Positions 8,747-18,268 of a stretch of DNA of 64,000 bases are shown in pieces. Both the position numbers and the translations under genes were made by a program. The notes below the pieces were generated by a model. It had not been told where the DNA came from. It searched no databases and worked only from the letters and a program-made list of their open reading frames with translations. The DNA comes from Nitrospinales bacterium. Lineage in GTDB: Bacteria; Nitrospinota; Nitrospinia; Nitrospinales; VA-1. The stretch lies in the NCBI GenBank assembly GCA_965223345.1, contig CBDCWG010000012.1:224001-288000 (forward strand), given 5' to 3'. Position 1 is the first letter of the stretch, and each line of letters starts with the position of its first letter.

Positions 8747-9838
8747 ATGACCAACGCACCGGAACGCATTTTTATCGAGACCGGGGCCGAAGCCTACCCG
8801 CTCGCCCGGCAGGTCCTGGAACGCTTCCCGCAGGTGCCGGTCGAGCGCATTGCCGAAACCGGTCCGGTGATCGAACGCATCCGCCGCACTCAGCAAGACG
8901 TGTTCGGGGCGAGCAAGAAACAGCTGGTGCTGTCGCGTTTCAAGGGGTCGTATCTGCGCAAATGTCCGGGCATCAGTCCCGGCATGGTGTGCTGCAATTA
9001 TTACGTGGTCAATCTGCTGAAAAACTGCGTGTACGACTGCTCGTACTGCTTCCTGCAGGAATTTCTCGACAACAACCCGCTGCTGGTCGCCTACGTCAAC
9101 GTGGAAGACCTGATCGAAGAGCTGGACGCGGTGCTGCGTGCGCATCCGGACCGCACGTTCCGCGTCGGGACCGGCGAGCTGACGGACAGCCTGGCTCTGG
9201 AGCACTGGCTGCCTTACGCCGAGCGGCTGATCCCCTTTTTCAACGGCCAATCCAACGCGGTGCTGGAGCTGAAAACCAAATCGGACCGGGTGGAAACCCT
9301 GCTCGCCCAGAAAGATACGCGCAACGTCATCGTTTCCTGGTCCATCAACCCGCCTGAGATCGTCGAGCGCGAGGAAAAGGGAACGCCCAGCCTTGCGAGG
9401 CGTCTGGAAGCGGCGCGGCTGTGCCAGGAAAAAGGCTACCGCGTCGGTTTCCACTTCGACCCGATCGTGCTGTTCGATGGCTGGGAAGCGGCCTACACGG
9501 AGCTGATCGACCGGCTTTTCGCCACGCTGTCGCCTTCAGGCATCGAATGGATCAGCCTCGGCAGCTTCCGCTACCGGTCGCCGCTCAAACGCATCATCAA
9601 GGAGCGGCACGCGGACACGCGGCTGTTCACCGAAGAGCACATCGCCAGCAAGGACGGCAAGTTCCGCTACCTGCGCCCGCTGCGCAACCAGGCCTACACC
9701 ACCGTGCGCGACCTGATCAAACGGCATTCGGAGTCGTTGAACGTCTATCTGTGCATGGAAACGAAGGAAGTGTGGGAAGGGGTGACGGGGAAGACGCCGC
9801 GCAGCGACCGCGCGCTGGATCAATTCTTCGATCTGTAA
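8747..9838 (+). CDS. Spore photoproduct lyase-like radical SAM protein
   Basis: CVYDCSYC (CxxxCxxC), YVNVED, GTGELTDSL, ELKTKS, SWSINP, GFHFDP, YLCME. Confidence 0.88.
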   Translation: MTNAPERIFIETGAEAYPLARQVLERFPQVPVERIAETGPVIERIRRTQQDVFGASKKQLVLSRFKGSYLRKCPGISPGMVCCNYYVVNLLKNCVYDCSYCFLQEFLDNNPLLVAYVNVEDLIEELDAVLRAHPDRTFRVGTGELTDSLALEHWLPYAERLIPFFNGQSNAVLELKTKSDRVETLLAQKDTRNVIVSWSINPPEIVEREEKGTPSLARRLEAARLCQEKGYRVGFHFDPIVLFDGWEAAYTELIDRLFATLSPSGIEWISLGSFRYRSPLKRIIKERHADTRLFTEEHIASKDGKFRYLRPLRNQAYTTVRDLIKRHSESLNVYLCMETKEVWEGVTGKTPRSDRALDQFFDL

Positions 9839-9851
9839 AAACTCAAGACCC

Positions 9852-10961
9852 TCAAAGCCGCATGGGCATGACGATGCTCATGTAGTCCTTGTCGTTTTCG
9901 ACCGTGATCAGGCAGGAGTGGTTCTGGTCTTTCAGGTTGAGGACGATTTCCTCGTCCTCGATCACGTTCAGCACGTCGAGCACGTATTTGGCGTTCAGCC
10001 CCACCGAAACATCCTCGCCCTGGTAGTTGACGGGCAGCTCTTCGCGGGCGGCGCCCAGGTCGGAATTGTCCGAGACCAGGGTCATGTTGCCTTTGTGGAT
10101 GTCGAACCGCACCATCTTGGATTTTTCATCGGCGAGCAGGGCCACGCGTTTGAGGGCGTGCACCAGATCGTTGCGATTGATGGCGACCTTCAGGTTGTTA
10201 TCCGAGGGCAGAACCTGGCGGTAGTTGGGGAACTTGCCGTCGATTTTGCGCGACACGATGACCTGCTTGCCCTGGATGAAGGCCAGGTGGTTGTTCTTAA
10301 CGGAAAAGGCGAAGGTGGCCTCTTCGTCCTCCATCAGTTTCAACAGCTCCGCCAGGGCTTTTTTGGGGAGCAGGTAACTCAGGTTCTCGCCCTTCGGCAC
10401 GGTGGATTTGAGCAGGGGCCGCTGGATGAAACACAGCCGGTGCCCGTCGGTGCCGACGAGGTTGGCATGCCCGTTTTCTTTTTCCAGAAGCAGCCCGTTT
10501 AAGGCCTGGCGGGTCTCGTCCGGGGATACGGCGAAGAAGGTTTTGCGGATCATCTCCTTGAGCAACAGCGAGCTGAACTCCATCAGCGTTTCCTCGCTGT
10601 ATTCCGGCAGCGCCGGGAAATCCGCCGCCGGCAGCCCGGGCAGCCGGAACTTGGAATTGCCGCATTTCAACGTCACCCACTCGTTTTCTTCCTTGATCAT
10701 GTGGATCTCCAGATCGGGAAGCTCGCGGATGATGTCGTAGAGTTTTCTCGCGTTCAGAGTCGTGGAGCCCTGGGCGATCACGTTGGCGGGATAGAACCCT
10801 TTGGTTCCGATCTCAAGGTCGGTGGCCTCGACGAGAATGCCTTCCTTGTCGGTCTTGATGAGGACGTGCGACAGGATCGGCATCGCGCCTTTGGTTTCAA
10901 CGATGCCCTGGACCTTTTGCACCGCGCTCAGAAAATTGTCACGGGTGATTCGGACTTCCAT
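9852..10961 (-). CDS. dnaN: DNA polymerase III beta sliding clamp
   Basis: MPILSHVL, ATDLEI, GTDGHRL, GKFPNYRQV, LNAKYVLDVL, C-terminal VMPMRL. Confidence 0.97.
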   Translation of the reverse strand: MEVRITRDNFLSAVQKVQGIVETKGAMPILSHVLIKTDKEGILVEATDLEIGTKGFYPANVIAQGSTTLNARKLYDIIRELPDLEIHMIKEENEWVTLKCGNSKFRLPGLPAADFPALPEYSEETLMEFSSLLLKEMIRKTFFAVSPDETRQALNGLLLEKENGHANLVGTDGHRLCFIQRPLLKSTVPKGENLSYLLPKKALAELLKLMEDEEATFAFSVKNNHLAFIQGKQVIVSRKIDGKFPNYRQVLPSDNNLKVAINRNDLVHALKRVALLADEKSKMVRFDIHKGNMTLVSDNSDLGAAREELPVNYQGEDVSVGLNAKYVLDVLNVIEDEEIVLNLKDQNHSCLITVENDKDYMSIVMPMRL

Positions 10962-11015
10962 ACTTTGTTCTCTCCCGATTCGGCCTTATTATCGCATTTT
11001 AGAAGAAAAAAAGCT

Positions 11016-11044
11016 TAAATAGCATGAAACCCCTACCCTGTCAA
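11016..11044 (-). promoter_or_regulatory. Putative dnaN promoter
   Basis: Minus strand TTGACA-17nt-TATTTA with an extended TG. Confidence 0.45.
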
Positions 11045-11240
11045 AAGTAAATATCCGAACCGGGAACTCCCGGTTGCCGGGCGCGACCGGCGGCCCGAAG
11101 CGGTCGAAATTCAGGCCCGCCGCCCGGAACCGGGGCGGACCGGGCGCGGGCTAAAGACCTTGCGGGCAAGGCGGCTCGCGACGCAAGCGGGTGGCCGCGT
11201 TCGATCGGCCCAAGCTTTTCATTGAGATGACGTCTCGCGA

Positions 11241-11269
11241 TTGACTCGCCCCACGGCTTGTGGTATTTT
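11241..11269 (+). promoter_or_regulatory. Putative aroF promoter
   Basis: TTGACT-17nt-TATTTT with an extended TG. Confidence 0.55.
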
Positions 11270-11296
11270 CAACGATTTCCTGCCTTTGAGGGGACC

Positions 11297-12316
11297 ATGA
11301 TCATCGTAATGCGGCCGGAGGCCACGCAAGAACAGATCGAAGCGGTGGAAGACCAGATCACCGATCTTGGCTACAAGCCGCACGAAATTGTGGGCGTCGA
11401 ACGCAAGGTCATCGGCGCGGTGGGCGACGAACGCGGCAAAGACCGGCTGCAGATGATCGAATCGATGCCGGGCGTGGAGTCGGTGTTCCCCATCCTCAAA
11501 CCCTACAAACTGGCCAGCCGGGAAGTGCAGAAGCAGGACACCGTCATCCAGGTGGACGGGCTTTCCATCGGCTCCAAAGAGATCGCCATCATGGCCGGTC
11601 CCTGCTCGGTGGAAAGCCGTGATCAGATCGTGGAAACGGCGCGCGGGGTGAAGCAGGCGGGCGCCAACATCATGCGCGGCGGGGCCTTCAAACCGCGGAC
11701 CTCCCCCTACAGTTTCCAGGGGCTGGAGGAAGAAGGGCTCAAACTGTTGCAGGCGGCGAAGGACGACACCGGGCTGCCCATTGTGACGGAGGTGATGAAC
11801 CCGCGCGAGGTGGAGCTGGTCGCCCGCTACGCGGACATCATGCAGGTGGGAGCGAGAAACGTGCAGAACTTTTCTTTGCTCAAGGAACTGGGCAAGCTGC
11901 GCAAACCCGTCCTGCTCAAACGCGGCATGATGACGACGATCAAGGAATTTCTGATGTCCGCCGAATACATGCTGGCGGAAGGCAACCGCGACATCATCCT
12001 GTGCGAACGGGGCATCCGCACGTTCGAGACGGCCACCCGCAACACGCTGGATTTGAGCGCCGTTCCGGTGCTGAAAAAAGAATCGCACCTGCCGGTCATC
12101 ATCGATCCCAGCCACGGCACCGGCCACTGGGACCTGGTGGGCTCGATGGCCAAGGCGTCGATCGCCGCCGGCGCGGACGGGCTGATGATCGAGGTGCACC
12201 CCGACCCGATCCGGGCCTATTCGGACGGCCCCCAGTCGCTCAAACCGAAAAAATTCGCCAAACTGGTCGAGGAACTGCGGCCTTTCATCCAGCTCATGGG
12301 CCGGACTCTGGCCTGA
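11297..12316 (+). CDS. aroF: DAHP synthase type I-beta with N-terminal ACT-like regulatory domain
   Basis: [70 protein letters not shown]. Confidence 0.96.
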   Translation: MIIVMRPEATQEQIEAVEDQITDLGYKPHEIVGVERKVIGAVGDERGKDRLQMIESMPGVESVFPILKPYKLASREVQKQDTVIQVDGLSIGSKEIAIMAGPCSVESRDQIVETARGVKQAGANIMRGGAFKPRTSPYSFQGLEEEGLKLLQAAKDDTGLPIVTEVMNPREVELVARYADIMQVGARNVQNFSLLKELGKLRKPVLLKRGMMTTIKEFLMSAEYMLAEGNRDIILCERGIRTFETATRNTLDLSAVPVLKKESHLPVIIDPSHGTGHWDLVGSMAKASIAAGADGLMIEVHPDPIRAYSDGPQSLKPKKFAKLVEELRPFIQLMGRTLA

Positions 12317-12471
12317 ACGGGTTCGGCAGTCCGACCTGAAGCGAATCCGATCCTTCCAATCCCCCCCTCTTCTCTTGAATCTGCGCAGAAATGCGTTTAT
12401 CCTTAAAATTACAGGTATTTTTCGCATAATTGAGGGAATTTAAGCGGCCCCGACGCCCCCAGCGGAACATC

Positions 12472-15189
12472 ATGAGTGATTTGCTCCAATCCAACCGAAA
12501 GCTTGCCGACGCTTACCGGGACGCAATCGCAAACAAACTGTCCCGCACCATCGACCCGTCCGCCCTTCTGGGCTCGCCCGATTCGGACCCACAAAAATTC
12601 TACCTGGAATTCAAAAACCAGGTTGCGCAGATCGTTCATGAAGAAACCGAAACGCTAAAGAAAGAGATTCTGCAATCGGACGACTGCCACCTGTTGCTGC
12701 TCAAGCGCACCGCACTGGTGGACGAGGTTGTCAAGACGGCGTTTCAAACCGCCGTCTGGTATTACAACCACCGGCATCAGACCCAATTCAAACCGCAGGA
12801 AATTCCGATCGCCATCGTGGCGCGCGGCGGCTACGGCCGCGAGGAGATGTTTCTGCGCTCGGACGTGGATATCCACATCGTGATCAACGTCACGAAAGAG
12901 CAGACGGAAACCGAGTCGATTCCCGAGATCTCCAAATATTTCGAATACCTGTTCATCTTTCAGAACATTTTCCCCACGGCGAGCCATTCCTGCCTGTTCG
13001 AGTTGAGCGGTCTGGACGAGGAGTACCATCCGGAGAAGATGCACGATTTTTTCGCGCTGCTCGAACACCGCTTCGTTGCGGGCAGCGCGCACATCTACAC
13101 CGAGTTCAAAAGCTCGCTGAAAACCGCGACCCTGCTGCACCAGAAAGAAATCCTCAAATACTGCCTGCAGCACCGGACCTACTACGATGTGCAGAACACG
13201 GTGTTTCAGCAGGAACCCAACGTCAAGGAGGAGCTGCGCCGGCTGTACTGGGCGCTGGCGCTGGTGCGCATCCGGCAGAACCTGGAAGCGACCAATCAGT
13301 TCGAACTTTTGGAAGTGCTCTTCAACAACAAAACGCTGAACAAGAAGACCTACAACAAAATGAAGTTCGCCTTCAACTTCCTGGTGAAGGTGCGGCTGCT
13401 TTTGCACGCGCATCAACCCGAGGCGCACCGGGATGTGATGAGCTACGAAGTGCGGGAAAAAATCGCCGAGTCGATGGGCTACGAGTTGATCGCGTTTTAC
13501 AACGAATATTTCTACCGGGCGGGGCTGCCGCTCAAACGCTACAGCCGCAACCTGTTTCAGGAAAGCATCGCCTTCGACACAAAGATGCACGAAGAGCTGT
13601 CGAAATACTTCGCGCTCAGCAAAGAAAATCAGATCATTTTCAACGGCGGGACCGAAGCCGCCGGTTCCGCTCCGCTGTATCTGATGCTGGAAGTGTTCGC
13701 CTGGGTGTCGGAAAAGAATTACCGGATTTCCTACCCGGTGATGCGGTTTCTCGAAGACCGTCTGGCTCAAGCGGGACCGCTCGGTTTCAACGCGAAGGAG
13801 GCGCAGGCGGTGCAGGGCTTTTTCAAGCGGGTCATGGAAGGGCAGTATTATTCCAAAGCGATCCGGCTGCTGCACGAATTCGGCCTGCTCGGCAATTACT
13901 TCATACCGGATTTCAAAAACCTCTGCGGCCTCTTACAAGATATCTACGTGCACAAATTCCCGACGGACATGCACATCCTCTCGGCGCTCGACGCGCTGAA
14001 CCTGCTCGACACCGACCCGAACGCCGACGCGTTCCTGGTGGAGCTGTACCGTTCCCTGAAGGACAAAACGGCGATCCGGCTTGCGGTCCTGCTGCACGAC
14101 ATCGGCAAGGGCGCCGAGGACAAATCCGTCAACGAAGAGATGATGGGCGCGCGCATGATCCCCGGCATCCTCGCCCGCCTGGGGTATGCCGACAAGAAAA
14201 AGCGCGTGGACGATCTGGCGTTTCTGGTGGAAAAGCATCTGACCATGTACGATCTGATGCTGCTCGACCCGGAGGCGGACGACACCTACGAGATGGTCTG
14301 GGACCTGGTGGAGCACGACCGCGAACGGCTGAAGATGCTGGTGCTGCTCACCTACGCCGACCGCGCGGGCACCAAGATGAAGATGTCGCCCACGCAGATC
14401 GAGCAGTTGAAAATCTTCTACCAGTACACGCTGCACCACAAAAAACACGAGGAGGTCCCCCAGTCGGTGAAGCTGGAGTTTTTGCAGATGGTGCGCCTGC
14501 CCAAGGATTTGCAGTCGCAGCTGGAAACCTACTATGCGTTTTCCCGCTCGAAGGAAAAGCTGGCGGTGGAGTTTCTGTTCAAGCCGGACCAGCCTTCGGA
14601 GCTGGTGGTGTGCGCGCGCGATCAGAAAGGGCTTTTGTTCAACGTTTCCACGGTGCTGGCCTTCAACCAGCTCAACATCGTGGAAGCCAACATCCAGACG
14701 TTCAACGACAACGCGTTCGACGTTTTCAAGGTGGTGTCGCGCGAGGACAGCCGCATCGACTACTCGAATTTCTATTTCGTGCAGAAGCAGGTGAAGCAGG
14801 ACCTCAAGCGGATCCTGGTCGAAGGGGACTCGTTCGCGTCGATCTTCAAGGGCCGCACCCTGAGCAACGAGCGGGAAAAGCACCCCTACCGCGACGTCAA
14901 ACTCAAGATCAAGATCATCGGCCGCTCGGTGACGCTGTCCACGCACGACCTGATCGGCACCTTCATGATGGAAACCAAGGTGTTCGCCCAGCTCGGCATG
15001 GAGATCCAGCGCTCGGTGATCCACACGCAGCAGGGCACCGCCTCGAATATTTTTTATATCCGGCCTGAGGACGTGGAAAAAATCCACCGCAATCACGCCG
15101 AGTTTGAAAGCATGCTGAAAAAGGCATTGCTGCCCCTGATACAATCGGACCCGTTGTTCCTGGAGGAAACCGTCGTTCCGGTCCCGTGA
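12472..15189 (+). CDS. glnD: GlnD-like uridylyltransferase/uridylyl-removing enzyme (NTase-HD-ACT), divergent
   Basis: ARGGYGREEMFLRSDVDI (NTase), EPNVKE, LLHDIGKG (HD), LLTYAD, ARDQKGLL...NIVEANI (ACT). Confidence 0.78.
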   Translation: MSDLLQSNRKLADAYRDAIANKLSRTIDPSALLGSPDSDPQKFYLEFKNQVAQIVHEETETLKKEILQSDDCHLLLLKRTALVDEVVKTAFQTAVWYYNHRHQTQFKPQEIPIAIVARGGYGREEMFLRSDVDIHIVINVTKEQTETESIPEISKYFEYLFIFQNIFPTASHSCLFELSGLDEEYHPEKMHDFFALLEHRFVAGSAHIYTEFKSSLKTATLLHQKEILKYCLQHRTYYDVQNTVFQQEPNVKEELRRLYWALALVRIRQNLEATNQFELLEVLFNNKTLNKKTYNKMKFAFNFLVKVRLLLHAHQPEAHRDVMSYEVREKIAESMGYELIAFYNEYFYRAGLPLKRYSRNLFQESIAFDTKMHEELSKYFALSKENQIIFNGGTEAAGSAPLYLMLEVFAWVSEKNYRISYPVMRFLEDRLAQAGPLGFNAKEAQAVQGFFKRVMEGQYYSKAIRLLHEFGLLGNYFIPDFKNLCGLLQDIYVHKFPTDMHILSALDALNLLDTDPNADAFLVELYRSLKDKTAIRLAVLLHDIGKGAEDKSVNEEMMGARMIPGILARLGYADKKKRVDDLAFLVEKHLTMYDLMLLDPEADDTYEMVWDLVEHDRERLKMLVLLTYADRAGTKMKMSPTQIEQLKIFYQYTLHHKKHEEVPQSVKLEFLQMVRLPKDLQSQLETYYAFSRSKEKLAVEFLFKPDQPSELVVCARDQKGLLFNVSTVLAFNQLNIVEANIQTFNDNAFDVFKVVSREDSRIDYSNFYFVQKQVKQDLKRILVEGDSFASIFKGRTLSNEREKHPYRDVKLKIKIIGRSVTLSTHDLIGTFMMETKVFAQLGMEIQRSVIHTQQGTASNIFYIRPEDVEKIHRNHAEFESMLKKALLPLIQSDPLFLEETVVPVP

Positions 15190-15217
15190 GAACAACGCGG
15201 CCAAAAGAGAGACCATC

Positions 15218-15892
15218 ATGCATTGCCAAACGTTCCGCCCCCGATACCACACTCGACTGTGGATTCCGTTCCTGTTGTTGACCCTGACCGGTCTGCCCGC
15301 AATCTGCGCGTTCGCGGAAACCGGGCAGAGCCTCGTCGAAAAAGCGCAAAGGCTCGACAAGGACGGTTTCTTTCAGGAAGCCGTCGCGGCCTGGGAACAG
15401 CTGCTGCAATCGAACCCGTCCGCTGAAACCGCAGCGCTGGCGCGGCTCAAACTGTCGAGCACGTATCTCAAGCTCGGTCAGCCCACCAAGGCGCGGGCCA
15501 CGGTCAAAGAGCTCACCGAAACGTCGCCGGATCATTTCGACGCCCAGTTTCACCTCGCCAACACCGAAGCGGTCATGAAAAATTTCCCCGCCGCCATCCA
15601 GGCGTACGAAAAGGCCGTCGCGCTGCGCCCGGATGAAGGTCTGGGTTACGTGGGACTGGCGCTGTGCCAGTTCGGCAACGGCAATCCGGACGCCGCGGTC
15701 GAAAACCTGCAGGCCGCAAAAAAAATATTCAAAAAGAAGAAAAACATCCCCTGGTACCGGGACGCCCGCATCGCGATCCAACAGATCAAGGGTTTCGCCA
15801 AGTACCCGAAGAACTTCGCCGACCTGTGGCTGGAAAATAATCTGGTGCTGGTGCGCAACACCTATGAAAAACAGGTTTTCCCGAAAGAATAA
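15218..15892 (+). CDS. Exported TPR-repeat protein
   Basis: Signal-peptide-like N-terminus; TPR-like repeats (AIQAYEKAVALRPD). Confidence 0.8.
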   Translation: MHCQTFRPRYHTRLWIPFLLLTLTGLPAICAFAETGQSLVEKAQRLDKDGFFQEAVAAWEQLLQSNPSAETAALARLKLSSTYLKLGQPTKARATVKELTETSPDHFDAQFHLANTEAVMKNFPAAIQAYEKAVALRPDEGLGYVGLALCQFGNGNPDAAVENLQAAKKIFKKKKNIPWYRDARIAIQQIKGFAKYPKNFADLWLENNLVLVRNTYEKQVFPKE

Positions 15893-16040
15893 CGGGTTCG
15901 CATATAAAAACCGCGGCAAGGAAAAAATACCGGCGGCACGGGCTGCGTTTTTGCAACATTAAAAAATTTTAATCTCCGATTAACTCTATTTTAATTTGCG
16001 TAATTTAAGATGGTTTTATTACTTTTCTCCTCCTTTCTGC

Positions 16041-16091
16041 GGGGATGGGCACGGCGCCACGACCGGGCCCTTCCCCATCTCCTTTTTTTTC
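16041..16091 (+). terminator. Terminator-like hairpin between the TPR gene and the arginine dihydrolase gene
   Basis: GGGGA-TGGGC...GCCC-TTCCCC stem followed after 6 nt by a T run. Confidence 0.45.
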
Positions 16092-16222
16092 AGTCCCGAT
16101 TCTCAGATTGCATTTTTCCGTTCGCCCTGCGCCATCGATCCGGCAATTTCTCTAAAATCAAACCTTTGTTTTAAAGTCTCGGTGAACTCACTGAGGCTTC
16201 GCTCTTTTTACGGGAGAGGTGC

Positions 16223-17041
16223 ATGCGACCGCGATTTCTGATGTGTCCTCCAAATTATTTCGGCGTGAAGTACACGATCAATCCCTGGATGGAAGGACGC
16301 ATCGGCACGGTGGACGCGAGAAAAGCACAGATGCAGTGGAACGATTTTTATTTTTCTCTCGCGAAGGTGGCGGAGGTGAACCGCATCCAACCGCAGTTGA
16401 TGCTGCCGGACATGGTGTTCACGGCGAACGCGGGGCTGCTGCGGAACGGTGTGTTCATTCCCAGCCGCTTCCGGCACGAGGAACGGCAGGGCGAAGAACC
16501 TCTTTTCAAAGGCTGGTTTCTCTCCCAGGGCTACCGCATCGCCGACTGGGACCCCAGCGTTTTTTTCGAGGGCGCGGGCGACGCGCTGTTTCAGCCGGGG
16601 CAGGATCTGTTGTGGGCGGCGCACGGATTCCGCACCGATCCCGCCGCACACGCCGAGGCGGCGCGCCTGTTCAACATCGAGGTGATCTCCCTCAAACTGG
16701 TGGACCCGCGGTTTTATCACCTGGACACCTGTTTCTGCCCGCTGCTGGATGGGCATGTGTTTTATTACCCCAGGGCGTTCGATGCGGCGTCGCGCGAAGC
16801 CATTGAAAAACGGCTGCCGCAAGACAAGCGCATCGCCATCGCCACGGAGGATGCGGTGCGGTTCGCCTGCAACGCGGTGCTGGCCGGTAAAAACCTGTTC
16901 CTCAATCACGCAAGCGATGACCTGCGGCAAACACTCGAAGGCCTGGGCTACCACGTGCAGGTGAAACCGGTGAGCGAATTCATGAAAGCGGGCGGCGCCA
17001 ACAAATGCCTCACGCTGGAGCTGACCGCTCCCGGCAGCTGA
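16223..17041 (+). CDS. Pentein (guanidino-modifying) enzyme, ArgZ/AgrE N-domain-like arginine dihydrolase
   Basis: RFLMCPP, INPWM, PDMVFTANAG, ERQGEE, FEGAGD, FYHLDTCFCPL, FACNAV, KAGGANKCLTL; Glu-His-Cys triad present. Confidence 0.85.
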   Translation: MRPRFLMCPPNYFGVKYTINPWMEGRIGTVDARKAQMQWNDFYFSLAKVAEVNRIQPQLMLPDMVFTANAGLLRNGVFIPSRFRHEERQGEEPLFKGWFLSQGYRIADWDPSVFFEGAGDALFQPGQDLLWAAHGFRTDPAAHAEAARLFNIEVISLKLVDPRFYHLDTCFCPLLDGHVFYYPRAFDAASREAIEKRLPQDKRIAIATEDAVRFACNAVLAGKNLFLNHASDDLRQTLEGLGYHVQVKPVSEFMKAGGANKCLTLELTAPGS

Positions 17042-17196
17042 ACGCGGCCAACCAGTTGGGCGGTTTTCGATTTGAGTTTGGTTTTGCAGGCAATTGAGTT
17101 ACAATCGATGTGATTAAATCCAATTTTTTAAATGATTTTGCTGCTTTCGGGCCGTTTTTGCCTGAACATTTCCGCGCAATGCAATTTTCATCCTAC

Positions 17197-17628
17197 ATGC
17201 GAGCGATGGCCGCCGGTTTGAGCCTGTTTTTTCTGTCCCCAGCGCACGCCTCGTTCGCGGCGGAGCACCGGACCGATTCCAGCGGCGGGGCAATGTTCCG
17301 GCTCGTCCACGGGCCGGCCGGGCACGCGCAAAAAACTGAAAACAATGCGGTTGTCTCGCAAAACACCGCTCCCCGGTCCGCTCCGCAACTGGGCAACGGC
17401 GATAAAATCAAGCGGATGCAGGATCGGATGCTGGAGGACCCGGAGACGGTGCAAAAGATCCGCAACCTGGAAAACGATCCGCAGATGCAGCAAATCCTGC
17501 AGGACCCGGAACTCATGCGCGCCATCCAGCAGGGCGACCTCAACCGGCTGGTGCAGGACCCCAAATTCATGGAGCTCATGAACAACGAGACGGTCGAAGA
17601 GATCATCCAGAAGAATCAATCGCGTTGA
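17197..17628 (+). CDS. Exported protein with C-terminal STI1/DP-repeat-like domain
   Basis: Signal-like LSLFFLSPAHA; repeats EDPET, NDPQMQQILQDPELM, QDPKFMELM. Start uncertain (17179, 17197 or 17206). Confidence 0.65.
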   Translation: MRAMAAGLSLFFLSPAHASFAAEHRTDSSGGAMFRLVHGPAGHAQKTENNAVVSQNTAPRSAPQLGNGDKIKRMQDRMLEDPETVQKIRNLENDPQMQQILQDPELMRAIQQGDLNRLVQDPKFMELMNNETVEEIIQKNQSR

Positions 17629-17677
17629 AGCTTTTTACCCGGCCTCGCCGCCCTGAACTATTTTTATTGAAAGAATC

Positions 17678-18262
17678 ATGAATCAGCAATCGCCGAACAA
17701 TCTGATCTGGATGGATCTGGAAATGACGGGTCTGGACCCGGAAATCGAGACGATCATCGAAATCGCCACCATCGTCACCGACGGGGACCTCAACATCCTG
17801 GAAGAAGGGCCGTGCCTGGCGATCCACCAGAACGACGAGATCCTGAACCGCATGGACGAATGGAACACCCAGCACCACACCGCTTCCGGGCTGGTGGAGC
17901 GGGTGCGCAAATCGACCATCACCCTCAAGGAAGCGGAAAAGAGCACGCTCGAGTTCATCAAGCAATACTGCCCCGCCAACACGACGCCCCTGTGCGGCAA
18001 TTCGATCTCGCACGACCGCCGCTTTCTCGTCAAATACATGCGCAACCTGAACGACTACCTGCACTACCGCAACATCGACGTCACCTCGATCAAGGAGGTG
18101 GTGCGGCGCTGGTTTCCCAACGGCCCGAAATTTCCCAAGAAAAGCCAGGTGCACCTGGCCAGCGTCGATGTGCGGGAATCGCTGGAAGAACTCGTGTTCT
18201 ACCGCAAACATTATTTCTCCAACGGCACTCCGGAAACGGCCTCCCAGCCCGACGCACGCTGA
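17678..18262 (+). CDS. orn: Oligoribonuclease
   Basis: LIWMDLEMTGLD, IIEIATIVTD, HTASGL, LCGNSI..DRRFL, LHYRNIDVTSIKE. Confidence 0.97.
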   Translation: MNQQSPNNLIWMDLEMTGLDPEIETIIEIATIVTDGDLNILEEGPCLAIHQNDEILNRMDEWNTQHHTASGLVERVRKSTITLKEAEKSTLEFIKQYCPANTTPLCGNSISHDRRFLVKYMRNLNDYLHYRNIDVTSIKEVVRRWFPNGPKFPKKSQVHLASVDVRESLEELVFYRKHYFSNGTPETASQPDAR

Positions 18263-18268
18263 ACGCTC

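Noticed and set aside
16041..16080. Guanidine-II/III riboswitch before the pentein gene (ACGG and ACGA words)
   Set aside because: No twin ACGR-capped stems and the element order is wrong for class III; better explained as a terminator hairpin.
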